This document shows, piece by piece, positions 1 to 9,303 of a DNA stretch of 64,000 bases. Each line of letters starts with the position of its first letter. Position 1 is the stretch's first letter. The stretch comes from Candidatus Brocadiia bacterium (GTDB lineage: Bacteria; Planctomycetota; Brocadiia; SM23-32). The position numbers and the translations under genes were made by a program. The notes beneath the pieces were generated by a model. It ran no database searches, was not told the origin of the DNA, and saw nothing but the letters and a program-made list of their open reading frames with translations. The stretch covers positions 32,693-96,692 of the forward strand of contig JBKHIT010000011.1 of the NCBI GenBank assembly GCA_046538485.1. Direction: 5' to 3'.

Positions 1-127
1 CGAATTAATGCTGGCAACTCGGATCCACCTTTTGCCGCATCCGCCAGGAACATGGCTTCATATAATTGATCTTTCAATGCTTTTTCCTCCGTTTCGCCAA
101 CAAAATTTCTGTTTGTATCTTATCGTT

Positions 128-712
128 TCAATTTTCGTCGGTTTCTACCGTTCCATTATACCGGCTCATGCAGCTTTCAATGCTTTGTTCCAACCAGCAC
201 AGAACAGCATCCACCCCGTGGGCAACCATTTGCTCCACCGTTTCATACTGACTGTCACTGAATGGACTCAGCACAAAGTCACGGCTATCCTGCTCGGGCG
301 GACAGGGGCCGATTCCCAGTCTCATCCGTGGAACTTCTTCGGTTCCCAGGGCATCCAGCACCGATTGTAGACCGCGATGACCACCGGACGAGCCTCCCGT
401 GCGCAGACGCAAAGTGCCTACCGGCAAGGCCAGATCGTCCATAATAATGAGAACGTTTTCAAGCTCCGCTGACGTTTCATGGATCATAGCGGCAACAGCT
501 CGTCCGCTGGCGTTCATCCAGGTCAGAGGTTTGACCAGCGTGAGTTCTCGTCCGGGCACCCTGGTGATCAGTGAAGTCCACCGTTCTCGTTCGGCACCGA
601 ATCCAACGCGATCACCCACGCTGTCGAGCACCCACCAGCCGAGATTGTGGCGGGTGTTAATGTAACGTTTTCCCGGATTGCCAAGGCCGACAGCATATTT
701 CACGATCGGCAC
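128..712 (-). CDS. pth: Peptidyl-tRNA hydrolase
   Basis: Motifs VGLGNPG..Y..TRHNLG, KPLTWMNASG, DDLALPVG.LRLR..GSSGGH.GL, RMRLGIG; directly downstream of rplY as in many bacteria. Confidence 0.97.
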   Translation of the reverse strand: MPIVKYAVGLGNPGKRYINTRHNLGWWVLDSVGDRVGFGAERERWTSLITRVPGRELTLVKPLTWMNASGRAVAAMIHETSAELENVLIIMDDLALPVGTLRLRTGGSSGGHRGLQSVLDALGTEEVPRMRLGIGPCPPEQDSRDFVLSPFSDSQYETVEQMVAHGVDAVLCWLEQSIESCMSRYNGTVETDEN

Positions 713-769
713 ACCTCAAAGTAAGACGTTCCAGTCAACACGCCGCCGGCAAAAGCTTCCTTCCACTTC

Positions 770-1465
770 CTATTCCTCTTCGGGAGCTTCTTCGGCTTCG
801 GGTGCTTCGGGCTCTTCCTGGCCCTCCTCGAGCATCTCTTCTTCCTCTTCCTCGCGTCCAATAACTTCCGGTTCGGCCAGAATTTCTTCGGCCAATTCTT
901 CTTCCTCTTCTCCCACCATCTCCATGGGCGGTACGCATGTTACCACAACGGTGTTCGGTTCGGGAACCGGTTCCACCCCCTGAGGGAATGCAACGTTGCG
1001 TATCCGCAAATCATCTCCGATCTCGAGAGGGCCAACTTCAACGCGAATCTCCTCGGGTATGTTAACGGGGAGACACTCCACCTCAATCTCGTGCATCACA
1101 AGCTCGAGAACCCCGCCTTCTTTGACGCCTTCAGGTTCTCCATGAGCCTCGACGGGGACCGAAACCTGAACGGTTTCGGAGAGAGAAATTCTGCCCAAAT
1201 CCGTGTGGAGAATGTTATCTCCCAGTGCGTCATATTGCACTTCCCTGATCTGGACGGGTTGGCTATTGCCATCCCATTCGACTTCCAGAATCAGCGTGTG
1301 TTCTTTGAGCAAATGTTCAAGTTCGTTCTGCTGCACTGTCAACAATACATTTCCCTCACCCCGCCCGTACATTACGGCGGGGATCAGGCCCCGTTTTCGC
1401 AGACGCCGACAGGGCCGTGTGCCGCGTTCTTCCCGCGGCCACGCTTGTATTGTGGGGATATCCAT
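770..1465 (-). CDS. rplY: 50S ribosomal protein L25/Ctc (long form, acidic C-terminal tail)
   Basis: RRLRKRGLIPAVMYG, REVQYD, H.DL, GVKEGG.L, EVECLP.NIPE motifs; ATG at 1465 preceded by AAGGAG; start trimmed from the 1606 ORF call. Confidence 0.96.
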   Translation of the reverse strand: MDIPTIQAWPREERGTRPCRRLRKRGLIPAVMYGRGEGNVLLTVQQNELEHLLKEHTLILEVEWDGNSQPVQIREVQYDALGDNILHTDLGRISLSETVQVSVPVEAHGEPEGVKEGGVLELVMHEIEVECLPVNIPEEIRVEVGPLEIGDDLRIRNVAFPQGVEPVPEPNTVVVTCVPPMEMVGEEEEELAEEILAEPEVIGREEEEEEMLEEGQEEPEAPEAEEAPEEE

Positions 1466-1629
1466 TTCGATACTTCTCCTTGCTAATGATCGCCTCGTGC
1501 GGAAAAGGGAATAAGCCCGCCGAAGGTAGGTTGTCGAGCCAAGCTTCAAGGCATCGGCTGCTCGGGAATGCGCCGCCCGACGGATCCCGCAACACAAAAT
1601 GCCCATATCGGCCCTTAAAACAAGATATG

Positions 1630-1658
1630 CTTATATCATACCGCCACTAAAGTGTCAA
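1630..1658 (-). promoter_or_regulatory. sigma70-type promoter for rplY-pth
   Basis: Minus strand TTGACA-17 nt-TATAAG with a TG extended -10. Confidence 0.7.
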
Positions 1659-1800
1659 ACGAGGCTATCAGTCGGAATCACTGCCCAACCCCAAAATTCC
1701 CACGGCGAACCTGCAATTCACCTGCCCGTTCAGTTGCCAAATATCGCATATTTTTAGCGCTGAAACGTGTTTTTTCAACCGGCAAGGATAATCTCCGCCT

Positions 1801-1828
1801 TTGTTACCTTTCTCCCGATTCGTATAAT
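1801..1828 (+). promoter_or_regulatory. Possible sigma70 promoter for the amidohydrolase gene
   Basis: TTGTTA-16 nt-TATAAT about 70 nt upstream of the GTG start. Confidence 0.45.
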
Positions 1829-1900
1829 GTCATCATTTACGTTCCATAGCGCGCACCTCTGATGCGTCGGTAAAATCCGGTAGAAATATGGGAGATTCCC

Positions 1901-2728
1901 GTGATTGATACACATACGCACCTTCACTACAGTGGCCGCCTTCCGGATGAGCCTGCAGGAATCACGGCCGAGAAACTGATTGAAACCATGTCTGAGCGCA
2001 GTATCGATATTTCCGTTTTGCTTCCGATGGAAACCCCCGAACTGACGAGTGGTTTCTGTCTCACGGAATGGGTGATCGAAGCCGCTGAACAGTTTCCGGA
2101 GCAGCTCGTGCCGTTTATGCATTTTGATCCCCGCAAACCACGTTGCGTCGACCTGATTGAGCATTTTAACGCCCATCCACTCGTGCGAGGCTTTGGCGAA
2201 CTGGTTGACCCTTTGCCTTTTGATGATCCGCGACGCCTCAAAATCTACGATAAATGCGGAGAACTGGGGCTCCCGCTCGTTTTCTACGGCGATAAAAACG
2301 CATCGGTGGACGAACCCGGTTTGCCTCGTCTGGAGAGATGTTTGCGCGATTTTCCCGATACGATTTTTATCGGTCACGGATCCCGATGGTGGAACGCGAT
2401 TTCAGCCGAGGATGACGGCGAATGCGGCTACCCAGGTGGAGAGGTTGTCCCCGGCGGGCCCGCTGACCGGTTCCTGCAGGAGTACGAAAATATGTATGCA
2501 GATATTTCGGCGCGTTCGGGCTACAACGCATTGATGCGCGATCCTGAATTTACCCTTGGGTTCATCGAACGTAACTGGCGGAAATTGTTCTTCGCCACAG
2601 ATTACCTCGACGTAGACCATGAGATCGGCCATGTGCGGTGGATACGCGAAACTCCAATGGATGAAAAACACCGGTATGCGATCGCAGAGGGTAACGCCCG
2701 TCGGGTCCTGGGATTAGGCCCTGTCTGA
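1901..2728 (+). CDS. Amidohydrolase family protein (Amidohydro_2 type)
   Basis: N-terminal IDTHTH metal motif, GFGE, FIGHG, YADISA, LFFATDY, IAEGNARRVL; GGGAG RBS before GTG. Confidence 0.85.
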   Translation: MIDTHTHLHYSGRLPDEPAGITAEKLIETMSERSIDISVLLPMETPELTSGFCLTEWVIEAAEQFPEQLVPFMHFDPRKPRCVDLIEHFNAHPLVRGFGELVDPLPFDDPRRLKIYDKCGELGLPLVFYGDKNASVDEPGLPRLERCLRDFPDTIFIGHGSRWWNAISAEDDGECGYPGGEVVPGGPADRFLQEYENMYADISARSGYNALMRDPEFTLGFIERNWRKLFFATDYLDVDHEIGHVRWIRETPMDEKHRYAIAEGNARRVLGLGPV

Positions 2729-2879
2729 AAATACGGATCTGGATTCGAGCGGCTTAATTTGCGGCTGGCTTTGTCCGCCTGCATCGGCTTATCTCCACTG
2801 GACAGGTCTGCTTCGGCATCCGCGCCAGCCACAAATGGGCTCGCTCTCGGTCCGCCGACCGTATTCTCAGACACAGCCT
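2716..2879. repeat. MITE-like element with ~21-bp imperfect terminal inverted repeats (repeat family 2, copy 1)
   Basis: AGGCCCTGTCTGAAAATACGG (2716-2736) matches the reverse complement of 2859-2879 (AGGCTGTGTCTGAGAATACGG) at 18/21; the interior is shared with 63701-63815. Confidence 0.7.
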
Positions 2880-2923
2880 CGACGAGTGAAAAAATCGCGC
2901 CACGCAAACCCTACGAAGGCCAC

Positions 2924-5900
2924 TCAGACGTTTTCCAAAAACGATTTCAAAAAGTCCCCGATTTCGCGCGGTGAATCGGCGGAATCAGGCAGTATTAACA
3001 TACTGAGATCCTGATCGATCATTTTAAGTTCCCCCCTTCGGTTCACGACACGATTTTTGAATTTCCCCGGGTCCCTCAGCGTCATTTCCGCATTATGGTC
3101 GCGCAAATGGATTGAGTCCACACCCGCCTTATCGGCCAGAATGCGAATTTCCGCTTCCAACAAGAGGTTTTGCACGGGTTCAGGGATCGGCCCATAACGA
3201 TCCCGCAATTCGCGTTTTACCGCATCGATGTCCGCCAGTTTTGTGGCCTCGCTGGCCTTTCGATAGAAAGCAACGCGTTGTTGGAGAGCCGGCATATATT
3301 GCTCCGGGACATACAGGTCGAGGCCGATATTCACTGTGGTAACCGGCGGTTCTTCGACAGCTTCGCCTTTCAGCCTTGCGGTGGCTCGCGACAGAAGCCG
3401 ACAGTACAGGTTATATCCCACCGCTGCCACATGCCCGGATTGTTCCGGGCCGAGGATGTTCCCCGCACCGCGCAGTTCGAGGTCGCGGAGCGCGATGTCA
3501 AACCCTGCGCCCAATCGGCTATAACGCCGGATAGCGTCAAGCCGTTTCCTTGCCTCGGGGGTGATCGGTCTGTCTGGAGGCGTGAAGAAATAAGCGTACG
3601 CTTTGTGGATATATCGTCCGACTCGTCCTCGTAGCTGATGCATCTCCGCCAGACCCAGGAGTTCGGCTCGATTCACGATCAGTGTGTTTGCGTTTGGAAT
3701 GTCCAGCCCATTCTCGATAATCGTCGTGCTTACCAGCACGTCCACTTCACCGTCCGTAAATCTTTCCATTGCTGTGGCGAGTTGCCGTTCCGGCATCTGG
3801 CCGTGTGCGATAGCTACGGTGGCCTCGGGCACCAGCTTGCGGAGCTTATCGGCGATTTTGTCGATACTGTTGACGCGGTTATGGACGAGATAAACCTGCC
3901 CTTCCCGGTTCATCTCCCGCTGGATCGCGTGGGTCAACAGCTGTGGATCGAATTTCCTCACGCGGGTTTCAATGGCCTGGCGTGACCGAGGCGCTGTTTG
4001 AAGCGCCGAGATGTCACGCAGTCCCATCAGCGACATGTGGAGCGTTCGCGGGATGGGAGTGGCGGTAAGCGTCAGGACATCGACCGATGCACGCATTTGC
4101 TTCAGGGTTTCCTTGTGCCGCACTCCGAACCGCTGCTCTTCATCGATAATAATCAGGCCCAGATCTTTGAAACGGACATCATCCTGCAACAAACGGTGGG
4201 TCCCGATCACAATATCCACTTTCCCGTCGGCCATGTCTTCCACGATTTCCCGGCTCTGAGCGGGCGTGATGAACCGACTCAGCATTTCGATGCGGATTGG
4301 GTAATCCGCCATGCGGTCGCTGAAAGTCCAGAAATGCTGCTGGGCGAGGACGGTGGTCGGAACCAGCATCGCGCACTGCCGTTCGCCCATGACGCATTTG
4401 AACGCCGCCCGCATCGCGACCTCGGTCTTGCCGTAGCCTACATCTCCGCAGACCAGCCGGTCCATCGGTCGATCCGCTTCCATGTCACTTTTCACATCTT
4501 CGATGGTCCGGAGCTGATCCTCAGTTTCTTCGTAGGGGAATTCGGCCTCAAACTGTTGCTGCCACTCGTTGTCAGATGGAAACGCGATTCCGCTTTTTGT
4601 CTGTCGCACCGCCTGGATTCGAAGGAGTTCGGAGGCCAGATCTTCCACGGCACCCTCGGCTTTCTCCCGGGCGCGCCGCCAGCTCCGGCCGCGCAATTTG
4701 CTCAGGCTGGGTCGACGCCCACCGACACCGATGTACCGGTGGACCATCTCCACCCATTGAATGGGAACGTAGATCCGCGCGTTGTCCGCGAATTCAATTT
4801 CGAGATGTTCGCGCCGTCGTCCGTCGTCCTCCAGCACTTTCAGGCCCCGAAAACGCCCGATCCCATGCTGGACGTGCACGACGGTATCGCCGGGACGCAG
4901 CTCGGCAGCCTCGATCACCGGTTTTGTTTTCTCGGCGTGATGCAGCAGACGCCTCTGGCGATACCGGCCGAAGAGCCTGTGATGTGGGACCAGTGCGAGG
5001 GATCCGGTCGCGAAGACCGCCCCGTGATTCAGCCGCCCGCGCCGGAACCGTACTCGCCCGGCCGCGGCCAGGTCACGGTCGTCCAAAAGTTTGCGGAGGC
5101 GATCTTCCTCCGCCGAACTCATGCTGAATAAATAGGTTTTTTCGCATTCCCGACTGAGCCGGTCGAGTTCCTCAAGAGCGTCATCGACATCCACCCCGAA
5201 GACATCTCGGTGTTGGCACTCGATGTTATGGGCTTGATCTCCGTCGGATTCTTGATCTTCAGCAAAAAATTTTACCTGCTGTTGTTTCTCCACCCGAGAC
5301 TGGAGTTCGCTGGCGGAATTGTAAAAGTTTTGCATCTCGCCGGCTGAAAGCTCTTGAGCTCGATGCCAGACCCGAGCAGATTCAACAATGAAAACGATCG
5401 GATTATCAATATACGAAAGAAGCGATTCCTGCCCGACGCTCTGGTTTGCAAGCGGATCAGTTGGTGCTGTTAATTCACACAGTTCAATTCGTTGCCGGGA
5501 TATCTGCGTCTCACAATCGAAGGTTCGAAGCGAATCGATCTGATCTCCGAAGAATTCCACGCGCACGGGCTTTTCCGCCCCGTGAGAAAAAATATCCAGG
5601 ATGCCTCCGCGGAGACTGTATTGGCCCGGTTCAGAGATGCGGGGGACGCTGTAAAAACCGGCATCGACGAGCCATTCGACCAGCTCGTGCGGCCCGATCT
5701 GGTCGCCGACCGAAAGGGCCCGAGAACCATTTTTGAGCGATTCCGCATCGCAGACCGGTTGCAGAAGCGCATTGATTCCGGCGCAAACGATCCGCGTTTC
5801 CGGTTGCGGCCCCAAAATGCCGGCCTCCGAGGGCTCATTGGTTCCGAAGACCAGGTGGCGCAGAACGGCCAACCGGGAGGTCAAAATTTCCTCGTTAGGG

Positions 5901-6184
5901 GCTTCTTCGTCGCCGGGCATGATCTCCAGGGCGGGGAAATGGCAGGCGAGGCCCGGTCGGAACAGATTAATATCTTCAGCAAAATCTTCGGCGTATTCGA
6001 CTCCGGGACAAAGAGCCAGACAATGATCTTCGAAGTCCTTCAGTAGAGCCGCTGTCACAACTGCTGCCCCGCTGGCCACAGGTCCGCGGATTGACACACT
6101 GCGCCCCTGCTCGAAGACTTTCCGCAGGCCTTCGAGTTCGTCGATCTTGCGAAGCTGCGTCAGCACACGTCTCACACCATCCAT
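2924..6184 (-). CDS. mfd: Transcription-repair coupling factor
   Basis: UvrB-like RGGILDIF, CarD-like VVHVQHGIG, PMDRLVCGDVGYGKTEVA, DEEQRFG, TATPIPRTL, QLRGRVGR, DLELRGAGNILG, C-terminal TRCF domain; start uncertain (6184 or 6235). Confidence 0.97.
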   Translation of the reverse strand: MDGVRRVLTQLRKIDELEGLRKVFEQGRSVSIRGPVASGAAVVTAALLKDFEDHCLALCPGVEYAEDFAEDINLFRPGLACHFPALEIMPGDEEAPNEEILTSRLAVLRHLVFGTNEPSEAGILGPQPETRIVCAGINALLQPVCDAESLKNGSRALSVGDQIGPHELVEWLVDAGFYSVPRISEPGQYSLRGGILDIFSHGAEKPVRVEFFGDQIDSLRTFDCETQISRQRIELCELTAPTDPLANQSVGQESLLSYIDNPIVFIVESARVWHRAQELSAGEMQNFYNSASELQSRVEKQQQVKFFAEDQESDGDQAHNIECQHRDVFGVDVDDALEELDRLSRECEKTYLFSMSSAEEDRLRKLLDDRDLAAAGRVRFRRGRLNHGAVFATGSLALVPHHRLFGRYRQRRLLHHAEKTKPVIEAAELRPGDTVVHVQHGIGRFRGLKVLEDDGRRREHLEIEFADNARIYVPIQWVEMVHRYIGVGGRRPSLSKLRGRSWRRAREKAEGAVEDLASELLRIQAVRQTKSGIAFPSDNEWQQQFEAEFPYEETEDQLRTIEDVKSDMEADRPMDRLVCGDVGYGKTEVAMRAAFKCVMGERQCAMLVPTTVLAQQHFWTFSDRMADYPIRIEMLSRFITPAQSREIVEDMADGKVDIVIGTHRLLQDDVRFKDLGLIIIDEEQRFGVRHKETLKQMRASVDVLTLTATPIPRTLHMSLMGLRDISALQTAPRSRQAIETRVRKFDPQLLTHAIQREMNREGQVYLVHNRVNSIDKIADKLRKLVPEATVAIAHGQMPERQLATAMERFTDGEVDVLVSTTIIENGLDIPNANTLIVNRAELLGLAEMHQLRGRVGRYIHKAYAYFFTPPDRPITPEARKRLDAIRRYSRLGAGFDIALRDLELRGAGNILGPEQSGHVAAVGYNLYCRLLSRATARLKGEAVEEPPVTTVNIGLDLYVPEQYMPALQQRVAFYRKASEATKLADIDAVKRELRDRYGPIPEPVQNLLLEAEIRILADKAGVDSIHLRDHNAEMTLRDPGKFKNRVVNRRGELKMIDQDLSMLILPDSADSPREIGDFLKSFLENV

Positions 6185-6282
6185 TGTACCGGCCCTGGGG
6201 CGGCTGATAAATGGTAACGGCAAAATGGAAGACAATCGGAATTATACTGGCCCATGATACTTGATTTTTTGGGTAGAACGGA

Positions 6283-6382
6283 GAGATTGCCGCGTCGCCC
6301 AAACAACGGGCTCCTCGCAATGACGTTCTAAACGTGTTCCTGGTGATTGCGAGGCCGCCGTACGGCGTGCCGAAGCAATCTC
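6283..6382. repeat. Pair of inverted palindromic repeat halves of the GAGATTGC...CTCGCAATGAC type
   Basis: GAGATTGCCGCG...CTCGCAATGAC (6283-6324) followed by GTGATTGCGAG...GAAGCAATCTC (6343-6382); resembles widespread REP/RPE-like bacterial elements. Confidence 0.75.
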
Positions 6383-6438
6383 GGCCTTTTACCGGAGCCT
6401 ATAACTTCAATTGTCACGAAGCACTGGATCGCGGCCAG

Positions 6439-7545
6439 CTACCTCTCCGCAATTCCCAGTATATCTCCGATCGGGCCAGCGAGATTTTGCGCCATACGCA
6501 TGAAACCAAGATCATTGGGGTGGGCTCCATCCACCGTGCATTCGTCCGCATCCTGACCGAGAAGGTCTGATCCGTCCACAAAATGCACATTCTCGTCCCC
6601 TTTTTCGCGAAGGTCTCTCACCAATTTGGCCTGCATCGCCCGGTTGCGCTGAGCGGATTCGCGGGCCTCCAGATGAGTAAATTCCCCGGCGTACGTTATG
6701 CGCGATAGCACCAAAATAGGCGTGTTTTGGTTGTCCTTCCGCAGAATACTTATGGCCTCAGGCAAAGTCCTTTCATACGTATCGAAATTGACGCTGTTGG
6801 CTTCATAATCGAGGACAAAAAGCGCCGGAGATGGGATGCGAGCCGTTGCCTCGATGACCTCCGGGTCACCTCGGCCGTTTCTGGAAAACCCAAGGTTGAT
6901 GAATTCCATATTGAGCATTCGGCTTAGAATATTTGTGTACGCCATCCCGGGCCGTGAAGCGCACCCACCCTGGGTGATTGACGTCCCATATACCACGATT
7001 CTGCCATCTTCTGTCCGGGGAAGCGGGGCCTGTACATGCGACTCCGGCGCCAGACCGATCCTCACCTGTTTCACTCCCTGATACAGAGGAAAATTGAGCG
7101 TAAAATTTCGCATCTCCCTTTCCGGATGCTTGAAAAGAAGAACTTCGTACGATAGCTCAGTGTGGTCAAATTTGGCGGTATTATGGAACCGCTGGTTGAA
7201 CGGTGCGCCCGTATAAAGGTCGAATCCACACTGCCCCGTCGCTGGCATATGACACATACCGGCCGGGCCCGCGAGTTCCACACTGATAGCGATTTCTGAA
7301 GTGTCCGAGCGGAACGAAACCTGTCCACCCGCCGTGCAATCGGCGAGATTGTCCACCGCCTCGCGAAATTTATCTGCGGAATTAACCGGCAAACGACGGA
7401 AAAGGCCATTATCATCGTACCAGGGGAAGCCGCTCAGGCGAAATGGTTTTTCGTCAGGCGTCAACCACGCCAGTTCTTTGTCCGTACCGGCAAGCGGTGC
7501 TGTGTGTTCGGTAAGATCGGATATTTTTCGAGGTTCTTCGGCCAT
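6439..7545 (-). CDS. SGNH/GDSL hydrolase family protein with N-terminal accessory domain
   Basis: YGTSITQG (block I), INLGFS.NG (block II), DYEAN (block III), DGAHPNDLG (block V). Confidence 0.9.
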   Translation of the reverse strand: MAEEPRKISDLTEHTAPLAGTDKELAWLTPDEKPFRLSGFPWYDDNGLFRRLPVNSADKFREAVDNLADCTAGGQVSFRSDTSEIAISVELAGPAGMCHMPATGQCGFDLYTGAPFNQRFHNTAKFDHTELSYEVLLFKHPEREMRNFTLNFPLYQGVKQVRIGLAPESHVQAPLPRTEDGRIVVYGTSITQGGCASRPGMAYTNILSRMLNMEFINLGFSRNGRGDPEVIEATARIPSPALFVLDYEANSVNFDTYERTLPEAISILRKDNQNTPILVLSRITYAGEFTHLEARESAQRNRAMQAKLVRDLREKGDENVHFVDGSDLLGQDADECTVDGAHPNDLGFMRMAQNLAGPIGDILGIAER

Positions 7546-7731
7546 AACGTTATCTCCGATTGTCTGAGGAACTCATTCTCAAGAAGTTCAGAACACATGC
7601 GCTGACTCAGGCCTTATCCTGGAGGCACCGCGGAACCGGGCTTCTATTACAAAACGGATTGGAAATAGAATTTATACTGATTTCTATCATACAAACCGAA
7701 TCTGGCGCGTTTTCGATCTCCTGTCCTGCTT

Positions 7732-9279
7732 TTAGCCAGCCAGAGGCTCGGGGGGTTCAATCCCTGCGTCCACGTAGATTACGGTCAGGGGAGGTCCCTG
7801 ATCGAGACAAATTTCAACGGTGTTTTCTCCATCTCGCACGAGCGGGGCTGGCAGAATCCAGGCTCGACGGTTGCTTTTGGGGCTGATCATCCCGTCGAAC
7901 GGATTGCCAAAAAGCCGCGAAATGTTGTCCGACCGCTCGAGCGTCTCACCATTGATCAAGACCGTGAGTTTGCTATCCGGGGAAAGCGGCTCCCGAGTGT
8001 GAACGCGAAGTCGCCCGTCCGACGTCACTGAATCTTGCTCCAGCATATCCAGGGTTACGGTTACCGGATCGGTTTCGGTCAAATCATGCGGCAATTGGCG
8101 GTCGTAGGAGCAGGTTCCCGCCATGTAGTATTGCGGCTGGCGCGCCAGGAAAGCCGGATCTCGCAGCTGCGGCAGCACGTGAAACGGCGGTTCCATAACG
8201 GGTACGTCGGGATGATGTCCGCTGCGGTAATAAGCGAAATTGAAAAGACTGACGCCATCCGCACCGCGTTCGTAGGCCAGCCGCGCGGTGGTGTAAAACT
8301 GCTCGGGACTGGTCCTCGGATCACCATCGCAACCGTAGTTTGGGTTCTGAATGAAATGCGGATATCGGCTGGTCGAATGTGTCATTTCCACATACAGAGC
8401 GGCGTCAGGAACAAGTTCCCGCACTCGGCCAACGTCCGTTCGCTGGGTCGTATGATACCACCCGGAGAGGTTGAACATATCCACGCCGGCCTCATGCAAC
8501 CTCTGGACATCCAGACCGCTCTGTGCATGGTGATCGATGCGGCACGGAATCCTCACCCCCAGATATCGTTGTTTCCGGCCGACCGTGTTCTGATCGAGAA
8601 TCTGCCGCACATTCTGTGCAAAACATGAGATAATCTCGATACGTTCCGTTTCGTCGGGTCCATCGGGATGGAAAAGGACATCATCGCGCAGAAAATCCAG
8701 TTCGATGCCGGCCAGGTCGTAGTTCTCGGCAAGTTCCTGAAGAAGATTGAGTTTGTATTGACGCACTTCCGGAACCGCCCAATCCATGCCACGTTGTTTA
8801 TAGTAGCCCGATTTCTCCGGATGGTTCCGGTCGATATGCCATTCGGGGTGTTCGACGTAGAACCGACAGGAAACCAGCGACCGCTTGTTTTTCTGGACAT
8901 AATTATCCTGATGATGGACATCGTTCATACGGAGCGAGACGAACGGCGCCATCCCGTAGCGGCGGCAGGTATCGACAAGCACCTGCACCATGTCGCCGCC
9001 CTGGTAGATGTAGCGGTCATAGCCGGTCACGGGCAGGCCCGTGCGTTCCTGCCACCAGTCGTAGAAGTCCGGTTCAACATCGCTCTGCCACCAGGGGACC
9101 CAGCCCATGCCCGGACTCAGCAGGTAGCAGTCGACGCCTTTATCGGCCACTTCCTCGATGGAGGCTACAAGCATCTCTTCCCGGAATGGTTCGCCCTTCT
9201 CGTGCCAGGGGCTAACGCAACCGACGGTGTTCGTGTTATCATTGTTGTACAAAAGTCTGTAGGGCGCTTTGGCTTTCAT
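7732..9279 (-). CDS. Glycoside hydrolase-like TIM-barrel protein (GHL10/DUF187-like)
   Basis: LLYNND, SLRMNDVH, MDWAVPEVR, YDLAGIELDFLR, GADGVSLFNF motifs; no signal peptide. Confidence 0.6.
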   Translation of the reverse strand: MKAKAPYRLLYNNDNTNTVGCVSPWHEKGEPFREEMLVASIEEVADKGVDCYLLSPGMGWVPWWQSDVEPDFYDWWQERTGLPVTGYDRYIYQGGDMVQVLVDTCRRYGMAPFVSLRMNDVHHQDNYVQKNKRSLVSCRFYVEHPEWHIDRNHPEKSGYYKQRGMDWAVPEVRQYKLNLLQELAENYDLAGIELDFLRDDVLFHPDGPDETERIEIISCFAQNVRQILDQNTVGRKQRYLGVRIPCRIDHHAQSGLDVQRLHEAGVDMFNLSGWYHTTQRTDVGRVRELVPDAALYVEMTHSTSRYPHFIQNPNYGCDGDPRTSPEQFYTTARLAYERGADGVSLFNFAYYRSGHHPDVPVMEPPFHVLPQLRDPAFLARQPQYYMAGTCSYDRQLPHDLTETDPVTVTLDMLEQDSVTSDGRLRVHTREPLSPDSKLTVLINGETLERSDNISRLFGNPFDGMISPKSNRRAWILPAPLVRDGENTVEICLDQGPPLTVIYVDAGIEPPEPLAG

Positions 9280-9303
9280 CTTGCCTTCCTCAGTAATTCT
9301 TTT

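Noticed and set aside
3998..5131. Long antisense or alternate-frame ORFs (also 31848-32969, 33532-34491, 39051-40259, 56801-57838, 60152-61156)
   Set aside because: They are shadows of well-supported genes in GC-rich sequence and carry no motifs of their own
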